From Macrostomum lignano (taxonomy: Eukaryota): DNA of 64,000 nt. The translations under genes and the position numbers were made by a program. This document shows, in pieces, positions 1-17,870 of the stretch (its first letter is position 1; every line of letters begins with the position of its first letter). The notes under the pieces were generated by a model. That model worked only from the letters and a program-made list of their open reading frames with translations. It did no database searches and was not told the DNA's origin. Location of the stretch: contig NIVC01001210.1 of NCBI GenBank assembly GCA_002269645.1, positions 248,001 to 312,000 on the forward strand, given 5' to 3'.

Positions 1-28
1 GTTAGTTAGTTAGTTAGTTAGTTATCTC

Positions 29-61
<33 letters not shown>

Positions 62-123
62 CTAGTTAGTTACTTAGTTAATTAGTTATTTAGTTAGTTT
101 ATTATTTAGTTAGTTAGTTAGCC

Positions 124-174
<51 letters not shown>

Positions 175-263
175 CAGTTAGTTAGTTAGTCAGTTAGTTA
201 GTTAGTTAGTTAGTTAGTCAGTTAGTTAGTTAGTCAGTTAGTTAGTTAGTTAGTTAGTTAGTC

Positions 264-334
<71 letters not shown>

Positions 335-351
335 CAGTTAGTTAGTTAGTC

Positions 352-394
<43 letters not shown>

Positions 395-407
395 CAGTTA
401 GTTAGTC

Positions 408-438
<31 letters not shown>
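1..438. repeat. (GTTA)n microsatellite with GTCA variants, probably intronic to the LIM gene
   Basis: Directly visible tetranucleotide array from window start to about 438. Confidence 0.98.
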
Positions 439-489
439 AGCATCAGAGTTGGTCCTCAGGCGTGTTAATCGCACGAGTCCCAATTTCAG

Positions 490-830
490 GCCGCCTGCTC
501 TGCGAAGGCTGCGTGAACGACGCCCTAGAAATGTGCGACGCCTGCCGACAGCCCGTCACGGAGCGAATCCTGCGCGCCCTCGGCAAGCCCTACCACCCCG
601 CCTGCTTCCGCTGCACCCAATGCCGCCGCAAGCTGGACGGCCAAGGCTTCACCGTGGACGTGCACAACCGGGTGCTCTGTCTGGACGACTTCCACCGGAA
701 GTACGCGCCAAAGTGCGCCGCCTGCAGGCAGCCCATCACGCCGGCCAGGGGCCAGACTGAGACCCGGCGCGTGCTGGTTGACAACCAGAGCTACCACGTT
801 GGCTGTTACCATGGAAACAGCATGGCCTGA
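490..830 (+). CDS. Terminal exon of a zyxin/LPP/TRIP6-family LIM-domain protein (end of LIM1, LIM2, first half of LIM3); upstream exons lie left of the window
   Basis: CDACRQPVTERILRALGKPYHPACFRCTQC...CLDDFHRKYAPKCAACRQPITP..GQTETRRV matches the zyxin-family LIM2-LIM3 pattern; candidate acceptor AATTTCAG ends at 489. Confidence 0.85.
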
Positions 831-955
831 TTCCGGACAATTGGAATTTTCATGCATAGCCCCAATGCTAAGAATTCAGTGTGACAATTTTGTGTGAAAT
901 ACTCATTTTCACCCTTGAAGGGTGTGACCTGTGGGGTGATCTGTGGGGTGATACT

Positions 956-2945
956 CAGTGAGGGACACAGTGACCTGTGCTAGGACACAATGCATACTCA
1001 ATGGGGGCTCAATGACCTGTGCTAGGACACAATGCACACTCAATGAAGGACACAATGACCTGTGTCCCTCACAATACACACTCAATGCACACACAATGCA
1101 CACTCAATGCACACACAATGCACACAATGCAGTGCACATTCAATGAGGGACATAATCCTATGCTAGGACACAATTCACACTCAATGAGGGACACAATGAC
1201 CTATGCTAGGACACAATTCACACTCAATGAGGGACACAATGACCTGTGCTAGGACACAATGCACACTCAATGAAGGACACAATGACCTGTGTCCCTCACA
1301 ATGCACACTCAATGCACACAATGCAGTGCACATTCAATGAGGGACATAATCCTATGCTAGGACACAATTCACACTCAATGAGGGACACAATGACCTATGC
1401 TAGGACACAATTCACACTCAATGAGGGACACAATGACCTGTGCTAGGACACAATGCACACTCAATGAGGGACACATTACCCTGTGCTAGGACACAATGCA
1501 CACTCAATGAGGGACACAATACCCTGTGCTAGGACACAATGCACACTCAATGAAGGACACAATGACCTGTGCTAGGACACAATGCACACTCAATGAGGGA
1601 CACATTACCCTGTGCTAGGACACAATGCACACTCAATGAAGGACACAATACCCTGTGCTAGGACACAATGCACACTCAATGAGGGACATAATCCTATGCT
1701 AGGACACAATTCACACTCAATTAGGGACACAATGACCTATGCTAGGACACAATTCACACTCAATGAGGGACACAATGACCTGTGCTAGGACACAATGCAC
1801 ACTCAATGAAGGACACAATGACCTGTGTCCCTCACAATGCACACTCAATGCACACAATGCAGTGCACATTCAATGAGGGACATAATCCTATGCTAGGACA
1901 CAATTCACACTCAATGAGGGACACAATGACCTATGCTAGGACACAATTCACACTCAATGAGGGACACAATGACCTGTGCTAGGACACAATGCACACTCAA
2001 TGAGGGACACAATACCCTGTGCTAGGACACAATGCACACTCAATGAAGGACACAATGACCTGTGCTAGGACACAATGCACACTCAATGAGGGACACATTA
2101 CCCTGTGCTAGGACAATGCACACTCAATGAAGGACACAATACCCTGTGCTAGGACACAATGCACACTCAATGAGGGACATAATCCTATGCTAGGACACAA
2201 TTCACACTCAATTAGGGACACAATGACCTATGCTAGGACACAATTCACACTCAATGAGGGACACAATGACCTGTGCTAGGACACAATGCACACTCAATGA
2301 AGGACACAATGACCTGTGTCCCTCACAATGCACACTCAATGCACACAATGCAGTGCACATTCAATGAGGGACATAATCCTATGCTAGGACACAATTCACA
2401 CTCAATGAGGGACACAATGACCTATGCTAGGACACAATTCACACTCAATGAGGGACACAATGACCTGTGCTAGGACACAATGCACACTCAATGAGGGACA
2501 CATTACCCTGTGCTAGGACACAATGCACACTCAATGAGGGACACAATACCCTGTGCTAGGACACAATGCACACTCAATGAAGGACACAATGACCTGTGCT
2601 AGGACACAATGCACACTCAATGAGGGACACATTACCCTGTGCTAGGACACAATGCACACTCAATGAAGGACACAATGACCTGTGCTAGGACACAATGCAC
2701 ACTCAATGAAGGACACAATGACCTGTGCTAGGACACAATGCACACTCAATGAGGGACACATTACCCTGTGCTAGGACACAATGCACACTCAATGAGGGAC
2801 ACAATACCCTGTGCTAGGACACAATGCACACTCAATGAGGGACACAATACCCTGTGCTAGGACACAATGCACACTCAATGAGGGACACATTATCCTGTGC
2901 TAGGACACAATTAATACTGAATGAGGCACACACTATCCTGTGCTA
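956..2945. repeat. 43-bp minisatellite (GCTAGGACACAATGCACACTCAATGAGGGACACAATGACCTGT) with higher-order blocks
   Basis: Period 43 measured (GCTAGGA at 2598 and 2641); identical 201-nt blocks start at 1246, 1782 and 2273. Confidence 0.95.
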
Positions 2946-3418
2946 GGATACTTAATGTAAACTCACGTTTGCGATTTTAAACGCGACGTAATATAATCCT
3001 CAGAGTAAAACTTATTTAGGACACACTACTGCTTGGGGACACAAAGTACGTACGCTCCTAGCAACTGTAAATTGACATGCTTGATCAAATCTTTTCGGTA
3101 TTCTTCACCGTATGTACTTCATCAACCTGTTATTTAGTTAAATAATTTAGCAAACCTCTTAGGCTTCTCAATTAAAATACTGAAATCAGCCATTAATTGT
3201 AGACCAGAATTGTTTACGACTACGAGTACAGTTGCACAAATATACTCGCAAAAATATTTAACAAACCCAGTTGTTTACATTTCTCAAAAACTGACTGACC
3301 ATAAGTTCGCAAAATCGGCAAGTTCAAGATCATGATCTTGTTTTCATAACTACTTCAGCGAAACCACTCAAATTTCGCTGAAATGACTTTCGAATTGCTA
3401 AACTAAGCAAGGTTTCTT

Positions 3419-3555
3419 GCTGTTGTCTATGGTAAAAAATGTGTCAGAGAAACGGTTAAAGCAGAGACAGTGGAATTGGTAGGCTAGTGCTTAAATGCTT
3501 GCCTGAATTATTCATTTGCTTGACGATTTGACAGTTTTTACCATAGACAATTAGC
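3419..3555. mobile_element. Small MITE-like inverted repeat (TTGTCTATGGTAAAAA ... TTTTTACCATAGACAA)
   Basis: About 27-bp imperfect inverted arms roughly 85 bp apart; no TSD identified. Confidence 0.45.
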
Positions 3556-4091
3556 ATAGAGGATACGAATGTGTTCAGTTTTTCGATATTGGATTAATTT
3601 GCTTGTTTGCAAGCTCTACTAGCTTACAGTATAAAATACTGGTATAGAATTATCCAACTTTCAGCCTACTTTTAGGCATATTGAGCGCGAATTACTGTCA
3701 GATTTTGCAATCAAATGGTAGACTTGTAGGTTTTGGCTTCTCTCATAGAGAGAAGGTCACAGATTTCACGACGAGAATATCGAGACTAAATAATCGCACA
3801 TCATATATAATATGGTTTCATACTTGAATAATTGTCTACTGCAGCGGATTGGTTGATTTTGAAAAAAATAGCTCGTAGTGGGTCAGTAAAGAGTTCTATA
3901 TGGTTGGCCATAGAACAATGCTTTTAAATGAGCCTCTAACTATAGGATTTTTCGTTTGATTTCATAAAATTGTCATTTGATTTCGTCCATAGAAGTTACT
4001 TACTTACTTACTTACTACTGACGGGGGGCGCAGGCGCCGCGAATAGGCCGCGAGGCCCCTATCGCAACCCCAAGGTAAAAGAGCACAAGGA

Positions 4092-9177
<5,086 letters not shown>

Positions 9178-9645
9178 TTAGCCAGCAGCCAACTACTTAG
9201 CAGCCACCTGCCCCGCAAAAAAGCAGCAGGGGGGATCCGTCCCCCACCAGCAGACCAAGACGAGGAAGCTAGCCGCTTCCACGCCAGGCCAGAACGAAAA
9301 GGAGGGGGAAGAGCCTCCTCGAAAAACGAAAAGCTGGCGGATGTCACAGAGTCCCTCGGTTTAAGTTGCCGTTTGCCCCCCGTCCATAGAAGTTGGCAGC
9401 GCGGCCATCGAGTCTATGGCAATAAAGTGCGCTGTTCTCCGATTGAATTCATAACTTTGCCACTTCATTTCGACATACCCAGTAGAAAGGCAACAGAAAA
9501 GTCGATGCGCTTGTCCAGTACAGAAAGAACTGTTAAAAACAGAAAGCTGTGTATTTAAGTCACATGAGGAAGTAGGCAGTTGCAACAGTGAAATCAGTTA
9601 TTTCCGCCAAAGTTAATGCTCGTTCGCTGCAACAAGCTACAAATT

Positions 9646-10062
9646 TCACATTATCTGCTGCTCATTGATGCACAGGGGCAGAAACCGCATCACATGTCCT
9701 TCCCAGGCAAGGCACTTCGCGGCGGAAATTTCCTCTAGTGCAACGTAGCCGCAGCGGAAAAGCACCATGAGTCTCCACTGCGTTAGGTTGATGCCATCAG
9801 GCGGATAGCTAAGTTCCTGTTGAAGCTCAGGTGTTGCTAGCTGGCGTTTAAGCGAAGCCTTGAGACAACTGTGTGCCTGCTCCGCGGCGTTAAGAAATGG
9901 AGAGTACGGTGGCAGAGTTCGCAGTTGAATACGATTGGCCGCGTTTATACGTTTCCAATGGACGCGTATGCAGCCATTTTTAGGCACACAAGGAAGGTGA
10001 CTGTTGCCCAAGAAGAGGACACGTTCATATAGGCTTTTCATTTCTATGAGAGGTTTGGCCAT
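9646..10062 (-). pseudogene. C-terminal remnant of Tc1/IS630-like DDE transposase
   Basis: LRTLPPYSPFLNAAEQAHSCLKASLKR motif, homologous to the transposase at 24521-25072; DNA-binding and first catalytic regions missing. Confidence 0.8.
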
Positions 10063-10661
10063 AGATATTCACCCACTGATATCCCAGCCCCCTCTGACAG
10101 TGTTTGAGTCACTCCGCGCGTCAAGTCGAAATGAAGTGGCAAAGTTATGAATTCAATTGGAAAACAGCGCACTTTATTGCCATAGACTCTATGGCCGCGT
10201 TGCCAACTTCTATGGACGAAATCAAATGACAATTTTATGAAATCAAACGAAAAATATTTTTTGCCATGACTTTCGAGTTTAGCTCGTACCGTCCTGAGTG
10301 AGCTTTCGGCCTACTTTTAGGCATATTGAGCGCAAATTACTGCCGGATTTTGCGGATTATGAGTATTTTATGATGCCAACAAAAAGAATTTGACACAAGA
10401 AACAGAATCTTAAAGAACATTATTTTCCCAATAGTGATTAAAATGTTACAAAAATGCCTTTCATTCTCGCTGACAACTTTTATTTCTAAGCCTTGAATTT
10501 GCATTCAGTTTGTTAATGTTAAGCCAGCGTGTCATTATTTTAATTAGTGCATAAGCAAGGGACAGACTGTTCGCTTCTTTGTGAGGCAGGTTTTGCCATA
10601 GACATCCCCCCTCGGCTCTCTTCTCCAGTAATATTTATGAAATCATACAGATAATCATATA

Positions 10662-12286
10662 TCAATCAGCCGTTTTGCCCAAGGACTGCGGCTTAACCAT
10701 GCCCCGCATGCTGAAGTAGCACCTGGCAACGCTGACGCTTGCACCTGCAGTTTCACCTGCCGTCCCTGACGCAGCCTGCCGCCGACCGGGGAACAGGGCG
10801 ATGCACATGGAATACTGTGGCATGGAGTCCATCAGTTTAGCCAGAGGCTCGTCCAGCCCAGACAAGTCAGTCGCTGCTGCTCCATTGCAGTCCAGATCTC
10901 GCAGCCGGAGCACCACCAATCGGCTGCACTTCACCTCGGCTCTGGCGGCTTCAACAGCTGCGGCATCGCTGGCCGAGTCAGCCACCAGGTAAGTCGATGG
11001 CAGGCTGGCCAGGTACTCCTCGGCTGAGTGGCCGTCCGACTGAACTCGGTCGAACACGCGGAAGGAGACGCCGTGCATGCGGAGCCAGTCGAACAGGCTG
11101 GCGGTGGTAGCGCCAGCGGAATGGCTGGCGTGGAAGCCGCCGTGGCCGGGCCTGGCCGGAGATGCTGCTGCAGTCGCATCTTCAGCTGCAATCCGGGGTC
11201 GCTTAGCCGACGGTGGAGAGTCGGCAGCAGCGTCAGCGTCAGCAGCCGACGGGTTCCAATCGCCGGAGGCGGCATCGCCGAATTCCAGTGACCTGGCGAG
11301 TTTTAACTGCACCAGATTCAGCGCGGCCAGCGCGTCCTCGGCCGAGTTGTGACCGACAGCGTCGTCCGACTGGATGTCGCGGCCGAGAAATCGCTGGGCA
11401 AGCGACTTCAGGCTGGACTTGTGCCGCCGATGGCCGGACAGGTTGAACACCACCGAGGTGTCGATGCAGCTTGGATGGTAGAGCCGCAGGGCGTGCAGGT
11501 CGCAGTTAAGCGAATGGCCAACCAAGATGGCGTTGGGCGGGAGCAGCTGGGCCAGCTGATCCTGCGGAGTGAGATCAGGAAATCTGATTTGAGATCGTAG
11601 ACCAGAATCGTAGCACAAGCGGTTGGACCGTCGGAGTCACAACTGAAAGGTCGGGGGTTCGATTCTCCTCGACCAACTCGGAACAAATGGGTGCCAGCAT
11701 TAGCTGGGGTAATAAAACAAAAAAAACAAAAACAATAAAATACTCTACATACTACTGATGTAAAATGAACAGTAGAAATATTATAACATAAGGAGTTGAA
11801 AAAATTCACCTGGACCTCCGCTAAAGTGACAGTGGCTTTGTCAAGCATCTCTCTGGTGATGCCAGACTTAGCTGTGAGGTAGTTCAGCACAGGATTAGCC
11901 GGCTTAACAAGCTGGTCTAGCAGTATCCGGCCCGACTCGTCAACTAACGTAGCCCTGGCCAGCTCATGTTGCTGCGAACTCTCCCCAGCCGGCCCCTCGG
12001 TGACGACCATCTCGCAGTCCAGGCCGAACATTGGCGAGCTCGGGCCGGCTGGCTGGTAGGCCGGCAGGCTGGTCTTGTAGTCCGGCCCGGACTGGGGGCC
12101 ACCGCCGCCGCAGCTGCGCAGGCCCGGCATCGGGTAGTTCTCGTGCAGCAGCTGCACGGAGGAGAGCAGCAGCTGAGTGCGCGGGAACCTGTCCCTGTGC
12201 GATGGTTGGCGGGTTGCGGGCTGCCGCTGCTGTATGAGGGCTGTGGGCAACTGGTGCTTGTGTCGCTAGGTGGTGATGTCTCTGTG

Positions 12287-12325
<39 letters not shown>

Positions 12326-12654
12326 GTCTGTCTGTCTTAGTGTCTGTCTGTCTGTGTGTGTGTCTGTCTGTGTGTCTGTCTGTCTGTCTGTGTGTCTTAG
12401 TGTCTGTCTGTGTGTCTCTGTCTGTCTGTCTGTGTGTCTTAGTGTCTTAGTGTCTTAGTGTCTGTCTGTGTGTCTCTGTCTGTCTGTCTGTGTGTCTTAG
12501 TGTCTTAGTGTCTTAGTGTCTGTCTGTGTGTCTGTGTCTGTGTCTGTCTGTCTGTCTGTGTGTCTTAGTGTCTTAGTGTCTGTGTGTCTGTCTGTGTGTC
12601 TGTCTGTCTGTGTGTCTTAGTGTCTTAGTGTCTTAGTGTCTGTCTGTGTGTCTG

Positions 12655-12697
<43 letters not shown>

Positions 12698-15600
12698 GTG
12701 TCTGTCTCTCAGACAGTAATGTGTCTCTCAGTGAGTGTGCACTGTGTCCATACACAGCAATTGTGTCCTTTGGTGGGTGTAAATCATTAAATGTACTCAA
12801 GCGCAGACAACCAGAGCAGTTATCGCCGCATCGCCGCTTACCTCTCAGGAAAAGCTGCATGCTTCTCCGGTGGATCAACCAGGGTGCCAATGCTTATGTC
12901 GGAGCGCGCCGCAGGCGAAGCTTCCCCAGCCGCTGCGGCTGTCGAGCCCGTTTGCAATTTCTTTCTCCGTTTCTGCAGCCAGTTCAGCAGCAGCTGCCGG
13001 TCTCCGAGAGCCACCGACTGCAGCGGCAGGCTGAACAGGTCCGGGCCTACCCGGTCCGAATAGGCGTACGGCGACATCAGCCGCATCGCCTGCGGGCATT
13101 CGAGGGTGTGGGGTGTGAATGACTGTCTCACTGCTGTGGTGCTTTGCCGCTGCACCGGCTTAACTTATTCTGAAGTCTGTCTGTCTGTTTGTCGTCTGTC
13201 CAAGTGTCTGTCTTAGTGTCTGTCTTAGTGTCTGTCTTAGTGTCTGTCTGTCTGTCTGTCTGTGTGTCTGTCTGTCTGCCTGTGTGTCTGTCCTGTCTGT
13301 CTGTCTGTCAGAGTGTCTGTCTGTCTGTCTGTCGGTTTGTCTTCTGTCTAAGTTTCTGTCTTAGTGTCTGTCTGAGTGTCTACCTTAGTGTCTGCTTTCG
13401 TGTCTGTCTTAGTGTCCATCTTAGTGTTTACCTTAGTGTCTGTCTTAGTGTCTATCTGTCTGTTTTTGTCTCTGTTTAGTGTGTGCCTGTCCGCCCGCCC
13501 GTCCGTCCGTCTATTTGTCTCAGTGTCTGTCCGAGAATCTGCCCATGGGAAACCGCATTACCTGATAGAAGTTGGCCATAAACTTGGGCAGCTGTGCAGC
13601 AGCCGACGGAGGCGCAGAGTCGAAGACAATGACGAGAATGCGGGGCACGCAGTTGGGCTTGGCGATCTTGCACCAGCGTGGCTGCTGCAGGCAGCGATAG
13701 GTCAGCAGCATGTAGCTCAGCAGGCACTGCACGTCCGCCAGCACAAATTTTGGAAACTTTCGTCCGCTGGCATCGTCGTCCTCGTTGTCGTCCGGCTCTG
13801 AGTCGGAATCGCTGTCCGAGGCGCAGCCAGGAAACAGCGGTTGGACGGCCGACTGCGGCTGCGTGGCCATCAAAAAGGCGCGGTGGCTCGGCTGGCGCCG
13901 CTGCCGGGCCTGTGCGAGGATTTAAAGGGCGATTCTTGGTATGTTTAGGGGCGATTCTTGGGATGTTTAGGGGCGATTCTTGGGATGTTTAGGGGCGATT
14001 CATGGGATTTTTAAGGACGATTCTCGGGATGTTTAGGGTCGATTCTTGGGATGTTTAGGATCGATTATTGGGATGTTTAGGGGCGATTCTTGGGATTTTT
14101 AGGGACAATTCTTCGGATTTTTAGGGACGATTCTCGGGATGTTTAGGGTCGATTCTTAGGATGTTTAGGATCGATTCTTGGGATGTTTAGGATTGATTCT
14201 TGGGATGTTTAGGATCGATTCTTGGAATGTTTAGGGGCGATTCTTAGGATGTTTAGGGGCGATTCTTGGGATGTTTAGGATTGATTCTTGGGATGTTTAG
14301 GATCGATTCTTGGAATGTTTAGGGGCGATTCTTAGGATGTTTAGGATCGATTCTTGGTATGTTTAGGGGCGATTCTTGAGATGTTTAGGATCGATTCTTG
14401 GGATGTTTAGGATCGATTCTTGGGATGTTTAGGATCGATTCTTGGGATGTTTAGAGGCGATTCTTGGGATGTTTAAGGGCGATTCTTGGGATGTTTAGGG
14501 CGATTCTTGAGATGTTTAGGGGCGATTCTTGGGATGTTTAGAGACGATTCTTGAGATGTTTAGGGGCGATTCTTGGGATGTTTAGAGATGATTCTTGGGA
14601 TGTTTAGGGGCGATTCTTGGGATGCTTAGGGGCGATTCTTGGTATGTTTAGGGGCGATTCTTGGAATGTTTAGGATCGATTCTTGGTATGTTTAGGGGCG
14701 ATTCTTGGTATGTTTAGGGGCGATTCTTGGTATGTTTAGGGGCGATTCTTGGGATGTTTAGGGGCGATTCTTGGGATGTTTAGGATCGATTCTTGGGATG
14801 TTTAGGATCGATTCTTGGGATGTTTAGGGGCGATTCTTGGTATGTTTAGGGGCGATTCTTGGTATGTTTAGGGGCGATTCTTGGTATGTTTAGGGGCGAT
14901 TCTTGGGATGTTTAGGGGCGATTCTTGGGATGCTTAGGGGCGATTCTTGGATGCTTAGGGGCGATTTTTGGTATGTTTAGGGGCGATTCTTGGTATGTTT
15001 AGGGGCGATTCTTGGGATGTTTAGGGGCGATTCTTGGGATGTTTAGGATCGATTCTTGGGATGTTTAGGATCGATTCTTGGGATGTTTAGGGGCGATTCT
15101 TGGTATGTTTAGGGGCGATTCTTGAGATGTTTAGGATCGATTCTTGGGATGTTTAGGATCGATTCTTGGGATGTTTAGGGGCGATTCTTGGTATGTTTAG
15201 GGGCGATTCTTGGTATGTTTAGGGGCGATTCTTGGGATGTTTAGGGGCGATTCTTGGGATGCTTAGGGGCGATTCTTGGGATGCTTAGGGGCGATTTTTG
15301 GTATGTTTAGGGGCGATTCTTGGTATGTTTAGGGGCGATTCTTGGGATGTTTAGGGGCGATTCTTGGGATGTTTAGGATCGATTCTTGGGATGTTTAGGA
15401 TCGATTCTTGGTATGTTTAGGGGCGATTCTTGGGATGTTTAGGGGCGATTCTTGGGATGTTTAGGATCGATTCTTGGGATGTTTAGGATCGATTCTTGGG
15501 ATGTTTAGGATCGATTCTTGGGATGCTTAGGGGCGATTTTTGGTATGTTTAGGGGCGATTCTTGGTATGTTTAGGGGCGATTCTTGGGATGTTTAGGGGC

Positions 15601-16307
15601 GATTCTTGGTATGTTTAGGGGCGATTCTTGGTATGTTTAGGGGCGATTCTTGGGATGTTTAGGGGCGATTCTTGGGATGCTTAGGGGCGATTCTTGGGAT
15701 GCTTAGGGGCGATTTTTGGTATGTTTAGGGGCGATTCTTGGTATGTTTAGGGGCGATTCTTGGGATGTTTAGGGGCGATTCTTGGGATGTTTAGGATCGA
15801 TTCTTGGGATGTTTAGGATCGATTCTTGGGATGTTTAGGGGCGATTCTTGGTATGTTTAGGGGCGATTCTTGAGATGTTTAGGATCGATTCTTGGGATGT
15901 TTAGGATCGATTCTTGGGATGTTTAGGATCGATTCTTGGGATGCTTAGGGGCGATTTTTGGTATGTTTAGGGGCGATTCTTGGTATGTTTAGGGGCGATT
16001 CTTGGGATGTTTAGGGGCGATTCTTGGGATGTTTAGGATCGATTCTTGGGATGTTTAGGGGCGATTCTTGGAATGTTTAGGGGCGATTCTTGGAATGTTT
16101 AAAATACATTAATAAAGAATTGGTTCAATCCAAAAAGGATTAACATCGATAAGTAAAATTCCACACCTTGTTCATGAACACAATAAATTTTGGCTTTTCA
16201 GGTTGTCGACGCGGCTTTGCTTGAGTCCAGCCTGAGTCATCGTTGCCGTCGGTCGCTCCCGCTGCTGCTGGTCCCGTTGCGGCTGCTCCAGAATCTTCTG
16301 TGCTCAT
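10662..16307 (-). CDS. REXO5: REXO5/NEF-sp-like DEDDh RNA exonuclease; predicted exons 16307-16167, 13909-13562, about 13150/13120-12842, about 12194-11810, 11561-10662
   Basis: [59 protein letters not shown] motifs; GT-AG sites with compatible phases; acceptors of exons 3 and 4 are less certain. Confidence 0.82.
11604..11745 (+). mobile_element. tRNA-derived SINE in last intron of the exonuclease gene
   Basis: A-box-like TAGCACAAGCGG, B-box GGTTCGATTC, AAATGGGTGCCAGC segment, A-rich tail; similar to 36083-36225. Confidence 0.65.
12280..12710. repeat. (TGTC)n / TTAGTGTC compound microsatellite (intron)
   Basis: Directly visible. Confidence 0.95.
13175..13520. repeat. Degenerate (TGTC)n / TTAGTGTC microsatellite (intron)
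   Basis: Directly visible. Confidence 0.92.
13922..16101. repeat. 22-bp minisatellite (GGGATGTTTAGGGGCGATTCTT), about 99 copies, in predicted intron 1 of the exonuclease gene
   Basis: Period 22 measured; variants GGGG/GGAT and GGG/GGT. Confidence 0.97.
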
Positions 16308-16364
16308 TCTGATTGAATGTTGCCCAGTCACCGCTCATGCAATAGTGGGGGCTGATATTATTAT

Positions 16365-16872
16365 CTAATAGACTAATGCCTATCACTGACTCAGTATCAA
16401 ATAGACTAATGCCTATCACTGACTCAGACAGTATCAAATAGACTAATGCCTATCACTAACTTAGTATCCTAATGCCTATCACTGACTCAGTATCTAATAG
16501 ACTAATTCCTATCACTGACTTAGAATCTAATAGACAAATGCCTATCACTGACTCAATATCAAATAGACAAATGCCTATCACTAACTCAGTATCTAATAGA
16601 CTAATGACTATCACTAACTCAGTATCTAATAGACTAATGCCTATCACTAACTCAGTATCTAATAGACTAATGCCTATCACTAACTTAGTATCTAATAGAC
16701 TAATGCCTATCACTAACTTAGTATCTAATAGACTAATGCCTATCACTAACTTAGTATCCTAATGCCTATCACTGACTCAGTATCAAATAGACTAATGACT
16801 ATCACTAACTCAGTATCTAATAGACTAATGACTATCACTGACTCAGTATCTAATACATGTAGACTAATACCT
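16365..16872. repeat. 33-bp minisatellite (TCAGTATCTAATAGACTAATGCCTATCACTAAC)
   Basis: Visible period 33; gives an 11-aa periodic ORF. Confidence 0.93.
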
Positions 16873-17870
16873 ATCATTCTGGTAGCGAAATGAGAAAAAT
16901 TAAAACACAAAAAATCGAGCTTATCAAGATAGAATAAACAAATTTATTGAATGAGAATAGAAAGGTAAAAATATTCAAGAATTAATTATAAGTTTCTCTT
17001 CAAACATTGAACACACATTATGCCCAGGTTAGTACTTTTATTTTAGATTTCTAAAGCTACGCCATGTCTTCAAGCAAAACTGAACTTAGCTAGATAAATA
17101 CTATCGAATAAAGAGCCTAAAAAATGTCATGCATAAAGAAATCAACAGAAACATGCTATACAATTAGTGCTAAAAAACACACTGCATCACTATGAAAACT
17201 AATGTGTAATGCTGCTAAAAAATTGACTACTCAGATTCGATAATAGCAAAAATAGTTTTAAAAACAATGAGATTGATGGGGCATGAATGAAACTCTAGAC
17301 TAGATGATGGGGCATGCATGCGTAACACCCGGCCGCCGACCCGGTGAGGGACCCAGCCAAGGTAAGTCGCAAAAATGCCAACCAAAAAATAGGTAGTACT
17401 AATTAGATGACGAGGCATTTAACTTTAGAAACACAGTCATTGTTACTCCTGCCGTTTACCCAAAATTACGTTAATTTTTCTTAGATCTACTTTATAGGTA
17501 AGTTGCATTTTTGGTGCAAAATAAGCCGGTGTATATCAGGGGGGTTGCGCATGTATGGGTGATGGGGCAGCTAGCAAAGAGGCAAGCACAGCTCTAACAA
17601 GTATGAGATAAGCCAGACTTTTATGCAAGTGTGTTTCTCCAATTTGCACTTACATGTTTACCAAGCTTATAGAGGACACCCGCAGTCACAGCAAGGGCTG
17701 TGCGCGCACATTGTCACACAACCGGCAAGAGGCACTAAAGCCCATTCCGCCGACTACCCTGGCATGTACACTTCACTGTGCCTTGGGGTTTGGCCCTCAA
17801 GGCCGTTAATTGCACTGAGCAGAGCCAAGCCGAGATTCCAATTTAGCCCAATTTAGACACTGATCGTCCA

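Noticed and set aside
12270-13520. (VCLS)n and (RQTD)n ORFs
   Set aside because: TGTC microsatellites in introns.
13922-16101. TTTAGGG in each monomer suggesting telomeric DNA
   Set aside because: Single heptamer embedded in a 22-bp unit, not tandem telomere repeats, and within a predicted intron.
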